A stretch of 5,460 nucleotides of DNA, taken from the NCBI GenBank assembly GCA_000004985.1, contig GG739161.1; one strand, written 5' to 3'. This DNA is from Naegleria gruberi. Its lineage: Eukaryota. A program made the translations under genes and the position numbers. A model generated the notes under the pieces. That model was not told where the DNA came from, did not search any database, and saw only the letters and a program-made list of their open reading frames with translations. This document shows, in pieces, positions 1-5,460 of the stretch. Every line of letters starts with the position of its first letter. The stretch's first letter is position 1.

Positions 1-1320
1 ATTCGTGGTTATTTTGATAATTGTTCCTTGATTTCAAAACAATTCTTTAATGTGATCAAGGAGCGTTCAAAACTTTTTATTAAATTTAAAAAGAAATTTA
101 CAGAGAAAAGAATTAAATTATTCATGAAGAGTCAATTTATGAATAGTATTGTTAATGTTAAATTTTCTAAAAGGTTGTTTGACTCTATAGAAAAACCCAA
201 ATTCATATGTGAAATGAAACAATTAACATCACTTATTATTAGTGGAAATCAAATTGGTGATAAAGAAGCCAAATTTATAAGTGAAATGAAACAGTTAACA
301 TCACTTGATATTTATAACAATCGTATTGGTGATGAAGGTGTCAAGTCAATAAGTGAAATGAAACAATTAGTATCACTTAATATTTATAACAATCGAATTG
401 GTGATGAAGGAGTTAAATCAATAATAGAAATGAAACAATTAACATCACTTGATATTGGTGGAAATCGAATTGGTGATGAAGGAGTCAAATTTATAAGTGA
501 AATGAAACAATTAACATCACTTAATATTTCTGAAAATCAAATTGGTGATAAAGAAGCCACATTTATAAGTGAAATGAAACAATTAACGTCGCTTAATATT
601 TATAACAATCGAATTGGTGATGAAGGAGTCAAATCAATAATAGAAATGAAACAATTAAAATCACTTGATATTGGTAGAAATCAAATTAGTGTAGAAGGAG
701 CTAAATTTATAAGTGAAATGAAACAATTAGTATCACTTAATATTTATAACAATCGAATTGATGAAGGTGTCAAGTCAATAAGCGAAATGAAACAATTAAC
801 ATCACTTAATATTGCTGAAAATCGAATTGGTGATAAAGAAGCCAAATTTATAAGTGAAATGAAACAATTAACATCACTTGATATTTATAACAATCGTATT
901 GGTGATGAAGGTGCCATATTTATAAGCAAAATGAAACAGTTAACATCACTTAATATTTATAACAATCGAATTGGTGATGAAGGAGTCAAATCAATAATTG
1001 AAATGAAACGATTAACATCACTTGATATTGGTAGAAATCGAATTGGTGATGAAGGAGTCAAATTTATAAGTGAAATGAAACAATTAGCATCACTTGATAT
1101 TTCTGAAAATCGAATTGGTGATGAAGGTGTCAAGTCAATAAGCGAAATGAAACAGTTAACATCACTTAATATTTCTGAAAATCGAATTGGTGATGAAGGA
1201 GCCAAGTCAATAAGTGAAATGAAACGATTAAAATCACTTGATATTGGTGGAAATCAAATTGGTGATGAAGGAGTAAAATTCATAAGTGAAATGAAACAAT
1301 TAGCATCACTTAATAAGTAG
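1..1320 (+). CDS. RNI-like leucine-rich repeat protein, about 15.5 tandem 24-aa repeats. The frame is open to the left window edge, so the gene is probably 5'-partial. The first in-frame ATG is at 124, and the track start at 28 is a TTG.
   Basis: Seen in sequence: 430-codon ORF ending at TAG 1318-1320. The repeat unit is EMKQLTSL(D/N)I.xN(R/Q)IGDEG(V/A)K(S/F)IS, which matches the ribonuclease-inhibitor-type LRR pattern (L..L.L..N.IGD.G...L). Frame 1 runs without a stop from nt 1 to 28, so the coding region likely starts upstream of the window, or at ATG 124. Confidence 0.8.
   Translation: MRGYFDNCSLISKQFFNVIKERSKLFIKFKKKFTEKRIKLFMKSQFMNSIVNVKFSKRLFDSIEKPKFICEMKQLTSLIISGNQIGDKEAKFISEMKQLTSLDIYNNRIGDEGVKSISEMKQLVSLNIYNNRIGDEGVKSIIEMKQLTSLDIGGNRIGDEGVKFISEMKQLTSLNISENQIGDKEATFISEMKQLTSLNIYNNRIGDEGVKSIIEMKQLKSLDIGRNQISVEGAKFISEMKQLVSLNIYNNRIDEGVKSISEMKQLTSLNIAENRIGDKEAKFISEMKQLTSLDIYNNRIGDEGAIFISKMKQLTSLNIYNNRIGDEGVKSIIEMKRLTSLDIGRNRIGDEGVKFISEMKQLASLDISENRIGDEGVKSISEMKQLTSLNISENRIGDEGAKSISEMKRLKSLDIGGNQIGDEGVKFISEMKQLASLNK
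211..1317 (+). repeat. Tandem array of 72-bp coding repeats (about 15.5 units, each encoding one 24-aa LRR). Unit 7 is 69 bp after an in-frame 3-bp loss. Units 1-3 are near-duplicated as units 9-11 at a 573-bp offset.
   Basis: The motif 'gaaatgaaaca' recurs at 211, 283, 355, 427 and so on, which is a 72-bp period. Units 3 (427-498) and 11 (1000-1071) differ at about 3 of 72 positions. In the unit starting at 715, RIGDEG becomes RIDEG. Confidence 0.9.
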
Positions 1321-1717
1321 TATTATACAGTAGAAGTATGAAAGTAAGTTACCTTGTATATTTTTAAATCAGTTAGTGCACCTAACAAAAAAGATTGAAA
1401 GCATACCCTTATTGAGCTGCTCTAATTGCTCTTCTGAATTTTCCCCAAAAAGATATTTTGGATTTGGATGACTTTTGGTGAGATTTTCCAATAAAAAAGA
1501 AAGGGTGTAGAATAGTGTAGAACTATAATAAATAATTTGCTGGTCAATTAACAGTTTACAATGGTGTGTTGGTGTTGAAAATGCTATGAAGAGAAGTACC
1601 AGGTAGCCAACCTAGATAAGTCTCCACTTGAAAACATGATGCACTTTCTAATCACCAAATTACATAATTAGTAAACCTAATACGGATGCAAAAAATCAAG
1701 TTTCACACAACAAAAAA

Positions 1718-2680
1718 ATGTTTCAACTGAATACACACATTATTCCTTTTGCTTGCAGCCTAATTCCATTGACTGTTGGTATTTATTTTGCTAGAAAGTA
1801 TTTTAACGGGCCAACTGTCAGTGAAAAATTACTGAAATCATCAGATTTGACAGGTAAGATTGTTATTGTCACTGGAGCAAGTGCTGGTGGAATAGGATTT
1901 GAAACTAGCAAAGTATTGCACAGATTGGGAGCAACAGTTGTGTTGGCTGTCAGAAATCAACTGGCTGGTGACAAGGCTAAAGAATTAATCGAAAAGGAAA
2001 ATGGAAATTCTGACAAATTAATTGTAATGCTCATCGACTTAGCAGATTTAGCTTCTGTTAAGAAATTTACAGAACTTTTCATGTCAAAATTCAATCAGCT
2101 TGACATTTTAATTAACAATGCAGGAATCATGTCAATTTACGGAACTACCAAACAAGGAGTGGAACTTTTATTTGGAAGCAACCATTTGGGCCACTTTCTT
2201 CTCACACACTTACTTTTGAATTTGCTTAAAAAATCCAAAGATGGTCGAATTATTAATTTGACATCTGTCTCTGCAAATTCAAATTTGGAATTTATTGAAA
2301 AATACGCAAATTTTGAATTGGAGTCATTGATTGGAGATTGTAAGACATCACATCCCAATAATTTTGCACTTTACAGGAGATCCAAGTTGGCCAATATTTT
2401 ATTTAGCAAAAAATTAAGCAGAGAACTAGCTCTAGATTCTTCCAATTTAGTTCAATGTTATTCTAATCATCCAGGAACTGTAAAGTCAAATATGGGAAAG
2501 CACATGCCTCTATTATTCAGATTATGCACCAAAATCTTCCTCTTTCCAATACTTGCCTTAGTTTTGAAGAGTACTTATCAAGGAGCTCAAACAACAATTC
2601 ATTTGGCTCTTTCGAATAAGAAAGATTTGAAATCGGGTAACTATTATGCTGATTGTCAGGAAAAGGTTGGATCCATATGA
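1718..2680 (+). CDS. Classical short-chain dehydrogenase/reductase, retinol dehydrogenase 11/12/13/14-like, with an N-terminal membrane anchor. The annotated stop is probably premature, and the homologous C-terminus continues in the +1 frame to TAA at 2784-2786.
   Basis: Seen in sequence: ATG at 1718 in the context aaaaaaATG. N-terminal hydrophobic segment. Gly-rich NAD(P)-binding motif VIVTGASAGGIG. NNAG motif (ILINNAGIM). Catalytic Ser in LTSVSANS. YxxxK as YRRSK. C-terminal GAQTTIHLALS and SGNYYADC resemble the RDH11-14 subfamily. Frame 0 from 2682 encodes DSIELQDKLWKNSFELCKEY, which resembles the RDH C-terminal ..RLW..S.ELL motif. Confidence 0.85.
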   Translation: MFQLNTHIIPFACSLIPLTVGIYFARKYFNGPTVSEKLLKSSDLTGKIVIVTGASAGGIGFETSKVLHRLGATVVLAVRNQLAGDKAKELIEKENGNSDKLIVMLIDLADLASVKKFTELFMSKFNQLDILINNAGIMSIYGTTKQGVELLFGSNHLGHFLLTHLLLNLLKKSKDGRIINLTSVSANSNLEFIEKYANFELESLIGDCKTSHPNNFALYRRSKLANILFSKKLSRELALDSSNLVQCYSNHPGTVKSNMGKHMPLLFRLCTKIFLFPILALVLKSTYQGAQTTIHLALSNKKDLKSGNYYADCQEKVGSI

Positions 2681-2942
2681 AGATTCCATTGAATTGCAAG
2701 ATAAATTATGGAAAAACAGTTTCGAATTATGCAAAGAATATTTAAACGAAACCAAACTTTCTTCAAACCAGAATCCAATCCAATAAAAATCCTCACTGAT
2801 GAAGAAATGCTTTGATTGTTTTAGAATCAAAACATTTAATACATAAATGAAGCAAATCCACAGTGAGGAATGAGAAAAGTTCGTAATAAGTTTCATAAGT
2901 TTCTGAATAGATGCGGTTAACAAACATCAAAGAAGTAAATAA

Positions 2943-3860
2943 ATGTCATTTGTCTCTGTTTCTAATCAAATATTTAAAAAAATGTGGACAACAAGACGTA
3001 GAACAATACTTTCCTTGATTTTACTGACAATATCTAGTTGTCTCGTGTATATATTTCTCTTCATTCTCTATCAACCAAATATTGATGAAAAATTAACTTT
3101 TCTTCATCCAATCATAATCCGAAACAAATATTCGAAAGCTAAAATTGCAATCGTTTCATTCCATACGAAAAGCTTTCAAGAAATTGGACGAATGACAAGT
3201 CTGAACAAGATTTTCTACTCTCTAAAGCATAATTATGATTTTATCCTATTCAATCAACCTTTCTATAAATCATGGTTTGTGAAACCTGCTTGGAATAAGA
3301 TTCCACTTATCAAAAGTCAATTGAGTAGTTATGATTGGATTATTTGGATTGATTCTGATGCACTTGTGTTATTGCATCAAGTTGATTTGGATCAAATTAT
3401 TGAGGAATCGTTGAAACGAGATCCGAATAAGAATGGAGAAATTAACCTAATCATTTCATATGATAGAAATGGATTGAATAGTGGAATAATGGCTATTAGA
3501 AATTGTAAATGGTCACATCAGATATTGAATAATGTACTCAGTTGGAAATACTTTCTCTATTCCATGCATTGGTATGCAGAACAAACTCCACTCGTTATGG
3601 AACTCGAACATGGAAAATCTCAGAATGTTCGAGTTGCCTTGAAATCATTCCTCAATTCGTACATGTATGATTATAAGGAGGGTAAATCATTTATATTTCA
3701 CTTGGCTGGATGTAATAAGTATGAGGGAAATTTGTGTGCCTCAATTATGAGAAACTTTTATGAAAATTGGAGGGAAAGGAATGTCACCACAGTGGAGGAT
3801 AGAGAATTATTGAGAAAGACTGAAATTATTTATGATGGAGTGAGTGGAGGTGGATCATAA
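2943..3860 (+). CDS. Type-II membrane glycosyltransferase, GT34-like (Mnn10/Mnn11/Gma12/xyloglucan-xylosyltransferase family; alpha-1,2-galactosyl or alpha-1,6-mannosyl transferase type).
   Basis: Seen in sequence: ATG at 2943. A short cytosolic N-terminus (KKMWTTRRR) is followed by one hydrophobic span (ILSLILLTISSCLVYIFLFILY). The segment KPAWNKIPLIKSQLSSYDWIIWIDSDALVL matches the GT34 signature W.K(I/L)P.......E..W(I/V)WW.D.DA, which includes the DxD motif. Stop TAA at 3858-3860. Confidence 0.7.
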   Translation: MSFVSVSNQIFKKMWTTRRRTILSLILLTISSCLVYIFLFILYQPNIDEKLTFLHPIIIRNKYSKAKIAIVSFHTKSFQEIGRMTSLNKIFYSLKHNYDFILFNQPFYKSWFVKPAWNKIPLIKSQLSSYDWIIWIDSDALVLLHQVDLDQIIEESLKRDPNKNGEINLIISYDRNGLNSGIMAIRNCKWSHQILNNVLSWKYFLYSMHWYAEQTPLVMELEHGKSQNVRVALKSFLNSYMYDYKEGKSFIFHLAGCNKYEGNLCASIMRNFYENWRERNVTTVEDRELLRKTEIIYDGVSGGGS

Positions 3861-4080
3861 TGTGATTGCTAAATAAACCAATTCAAAAGAATATTTGAAA
3901 ATTGTGAAATCATGTATGTGGAATTTTGGAGATGCTCTTTCTATACTATTTACCGACTCTAATTTGGAGTCATTACCTTTACCTGATGTTCTTCTTTCCC
4001 TTCCATTAACTTGGCATCTTGCCAAATATCTCGATAACGAACTATATAAGAGTGATGATATTTTGAAAGAATATGTAAAA

Positions 4081-4151
4081 TCGGGTGTGGTATAGTGGTA
4101 GCATTCCAGACTGTCACTCTGGCGACCCGGGTTCAATTCCCGGCACTCGAG
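4081..4151 (+). tRNA. tRNA-Asp (anticodon GTC), eukaryotic type, no encoded CCA.
   Basis: Hand-folded cloverleaf. The acceptor stem pairs tcgggtg (4081-4087) with cactcga (4144-4150), giving 7 bp with one G-U. The D-arm is gtat/agtggta/gcat. The anticodon stem pairs ccaga (4106-4110) with tctgg (4118-4122), and the loop is ctGTCac with the anticodon at 4113-4115. The T-arm is ccggg ttcaatt cccgg (4127-4143). The discriminator is g4151. The A-box is gtatagtggta and the B-box is ggttcaattcc. The overall sequence is close to metazoan and fungal tRNA-Asp. Confidence 0.9.
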
Positions 4152-4157
4152 ATTAAA

Positions 4158-4161
4158 TTTT
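4158..4161 (+). terminator. RNA polymerase III terminator (T4 run) 7 nt downstream of tRNA-Asp.
   Basis: TTTT at 4158-4161 lies immediately 3' of the tRNA. By established knowledge, runs of four or more T terminate Pol III. Confidence 0.5.
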
Positions 4162-4568
4162 AATATTTAATAGTTTCAAAATATCGATAAAAGCATATAG
4201 TCTACCTAATTCTCGATTTTCAAATGATCATCTCTTAAAACCATAAAGAAGATAACCTCAGATTATACTGACCTATTTTCTTCAAAAATCACAAGCAGAT
4301 GCTCAACTGAACTTGGAAAAGTTGAGCTCAAAAAACCAATGAATCTTGTGCTTTACCTTACATTTTCCTTAATTAATGCAGGACTGCATTTGATATTTGA
4401 TGGATTCAATTTATCCTCCATCTTGTTCATGTTTTGGGTCCCTCATCATGCTTACTATTATTTAATTTAATATCTTCGTCATCATACATGTTCGGAATTT
4501 AAAAAAAACTCAATTTTACTCTGATTGAGATTCTCTATGTGCAATGATTTTTCAATTAATAAAAAGAG

Positions 4569-4758
4569 TTGGGTGGCTCCTAATCTGACGGTTTGTGCAA
4601 TGTCTGATTGAAACCAAATCAAAGTGAGCAATTAAGCTCAAACCCTGATCCCTACAAAAAATTGAGTTAATAGTAATGCAACCCGTGGGCTGCTTTCAGC
4701 TATTAAACTGAAAAGAACAGATACTACACTCGATCAAAGCCAATTGGCCGAGAAAGAT
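4569..4758 (-). ncRNA. U2 spliceosomal snRNA gene. The 5' end is at 4758. The 3' end is approximate and lies near the ...GGAGCCACCC(AAC) terminus.
   Basis: The reverse complement of 4758 downward reads AUCUUUCUCGGCCAAUUGGCUUUGAUCGAGUGUAGUAUCUGUUCUUUUCAGUUUAAUAGCUGAAAGCAGCC...CAAUUUUUUGUAGGGAUCAGGGUUUGAGCUUAAUUGCUC...GGAGCCACCC. This contains the near-invariant U2 5' region and the branch-point-binding GUAGUA (human: AUCGCUUCUCGGCCUUUUGGCUAAGAUCAAGUGUAGUAUCUGUUCUUAUCAGUUUAAUAUCUGAUA). It contains the Sm site AAUUUUUUG. It contains a stem-loop III-like GAGCuuaauuGCUC. Its 3' terminus is similar to human ...GGUGCACCC. Confidence 0.85.
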
Positions 4759-4781
4759 GGTTTTGAGTATTACATAAGGAT

Positions 4782-4795
4782 CATTGTATTTATTC
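4782..4795 (-). promoter_or_regulatory. TATA-like element (GAATAAATACAATG on the minus strand), about 30 bp upstream of the U2 +1.
   Basis: TAAATA lies at about -34 to -29 relative to the inferred U2 start at 4758. By established knowledge, plant and many protist or fungal U-snRNA genes carry a TATA at about -30 plus an upstream element. No clear upstream element was recognised here. Confidence 0.3.
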
Positions 4796-4891
4796 GGTTT
4801 GTTGTCGAGTGAGGATTTGCAAAATGTTTGTGGTATTTTATTAAATAATAATGCCTAGTACAATTATTGAACATGTAGTGAATCTTAATTA

Positions 4892-5383
4892 CTAATTCTT
4901 TACTTTGATTTCATCCTTCCACCAAGCACCATCCATATCTTCCACTGTCTTGCTGTATTGATTGAATTTCCATCCATCCTGAGAGGTTTCTTCCTCTTTG
5001 AGGAATCCCCACATTTTAACTCGTTTCCAATGAAAGAATAAAGTCCAAACCTCACATTCGTCCACAATTTCCTCATTATTTTCATCCAATTCCTTAATTT
5101 CCTTATTCTCATTCGGTTGAGGTTTCAGCAAGACTCGGTGATAATCCTTCCCACTGAAATAATTAACACTTCCTGCACGAAACTCCTTCTCACTCATCTT
5201 TTTATTCGAATGCGAAACTTTAATTTCCCTATACGAACCACTTAATATCAAACTAATGCCAAACTTCCACGGATGATCGTGATACCCTCTATCAGGATCT
5301 GAATGCACAAATCGATGTAACACTAAACCAGGTCCATTTTCAAAAGATAATAAATTGATCTTTCCAAAATTAGAACGTTTGTT
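4892..5383 (-). CDS. Cupin-type thiol dioxygenase-like protein (cysteine dioxygenase / cysteamine dioxygenase / plant cysteine oxidase superfamily). This is the 3' exon only. There is no ATG, and the N-terminal 70-100 aa are expected in an upstream exon, possibly beyond the right window edge.
   Basis: Seen in sequence: the frame is open from 5383 down to TAA at 4892-4894. The track 'M' at 5323 is actually GTG. The translation ...KINLLSFENGPGLVLHRFVHSDPDRGYHDHPWKFGISLILSGSYREIKV...GSVNYFSGKDYHRVLL aligns with the CDO core ([36 protein letters not shown]...NDSIGLHRVEN). It also aligns with the ADO/PCO HDHPgM..SK.LyG motif. That gives a 3-His metal triad HxH ... H. The C-terminal 80 aa (acidic and Trp-rich) are not CDO-like. 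A candidate 3' splice acceptor, ttctaattttggaaAG|ATC, sits at about 5360. Confidence 0.45.
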   Translation of the reverse strand, partial: NKRSNFGKINLLSFENGPGLVLHRFVHSDPDRGYHDHPWKFGISLILSGSYREIKVSHSNKKMSEKEFRAGSVNYFSGKDYHRVLLKPQPNENKEIKELDENNEEIVDECEVWTLFFHWKRVKMWGFLKEEETSQDGWKFNQYSKTVEDMDGAWWKDEIKVKN

Positions 5384-5460
5384 TTATCGTTCAATGAGTG
5401 AAAGATTTGTTTCCTTGGCAAGTGTTTGGATAACGTATGGAGAAGTTGTTCATTTTTTTG

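Noticed and set aside
957-1205. Minus-strand 82-aa ORF (repeating PSSPIRF...) inside the LRR gene.
   Set aside because: It is the antisense reading of the 72-bp tandem repeat. Its periodic low-complexity peptide is an artefact of the repeat, so it is not an independent gene.
1344-1349. GTAAGT donor-like hexamer just after the LRR stop. The possibility was that the LRR stop is intronic.
   Set aside because: Candidate GT..AG excisions here (for example gtagtattatacag) still leave in-frame stops (TAA TAG), and no downstream sequence resumes the LRR repeat.
2666-2682. A mini-intron (gttggatccatatgaag, 17 nt) as an explanation for the SDR frame change.
   Set aside because: Its length is 2 mod 3, whereas 1 mod 3 is required. 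The spliced product reads IPLNCKINYG..., which does not match the conserved RDH C-terminus. A 1-nt indel is a better explanation.
2137-2923. Minus-strand ORFs 2137..2358, 2517..2699 and 2558..2923, antisense to or overlapping the SDR gene and its downstream region.
   Set aside because: They overlap a well-supported sense gene, their products are AT-rich and low in complexity (Phe/Ile/Leu/Asn/Lys), and they contain no recognisable motifs.
3855-4136. Plus ORF 3895..4095 (TTG start) and minus ORF 3855..4136, which flank and overlap the tRNA-Asp.
   Set aside because: They overlap the tRNA gene and its upstream region. One has a non-ATG start, and neither shows domain-like sequence. Both are most likely spurious.
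4350-4363. 'ctttaccttacatt', faintly resembling the U1 snRNA 5' end (ACUUACCUG).
   Set aside because: It does not match the invariant U1 5' sequence, and no U1 stem-loop context or Sm site follows.
4900-5112. Minus-strand 70-aa ORF in an alternative frame inside the dioxygenase-like gene.
   Set aside because: It is nested out of frame within a longer ORF that has family-level motifs, and its peptide is basic and low in complexity.
1-5460. A prokaryotic or phage, or alternative-genetic-code, interpretation prompted by the TTG/GTG starts in the ORF track.
   Set aside because: The tRNA is eukaryote-type and is followed by a Pol III T-run. A U2 snRNA gene is present. The genes start at ATG in A-rich contexts. 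All ORF ends that match homologue ends use standard stops (TAA or TAG), and no in-frame TGA is needed.

Overview
This window is AT-rich, gene-dense DNA of eukaryotic nuclear type. Three observations support the eukaryotic reading. The tRNA-Asp is eukaryote-style with no encoded CCA. A U2 spliceosomal snRNA gene is present. The protein genes start at plain ATGs in A-rich contexts and end at standard stops. I cannot name the organism. Left to right the window holds seven elements: (1) an RNI-like leucine-rich-repeat (LRR) protein gene whose coding region is a near-perfect array of 72-bp (24-aa) tandem repeats, and whose frame is open to the left window edge; (2) a classical short-chain dehydrogenase/reductase (SDR) of the retinol-dehydrogenase 11-14-like type, whose conserved C-terminus continues in a +1-shifted frame, suggesting a frameshift; (3) a type-II membrane glycosyltransferase with the GT34 (Mnn10/Gma12/XXT-like) W..W.DSDA signature; (4) a tRNA-Asp(GTC) gene followed by a T4 Pol III terminator; (5) on the minus strand, a U2 snRNA gene that the ORF track does not show; (6) on the minus strand, the 3' portion of a cupin thiol-dioxygenase-like gene (CDO/ADO/PCO family) that has no ATG in the window and probably continues into an upstream exon beyond the right edge. 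Several ORF-track entries begin at TTG or GTG, which is a property of the ORF caller and not of the genes. The remaining small antisense ORFs look like AT-rich or repeat artefacts. I see no evidence for a novel multi-gene system. The most notable items are the unannotated U2 gene, the SDR frameshift and the internal structure of the LRR repeat array.
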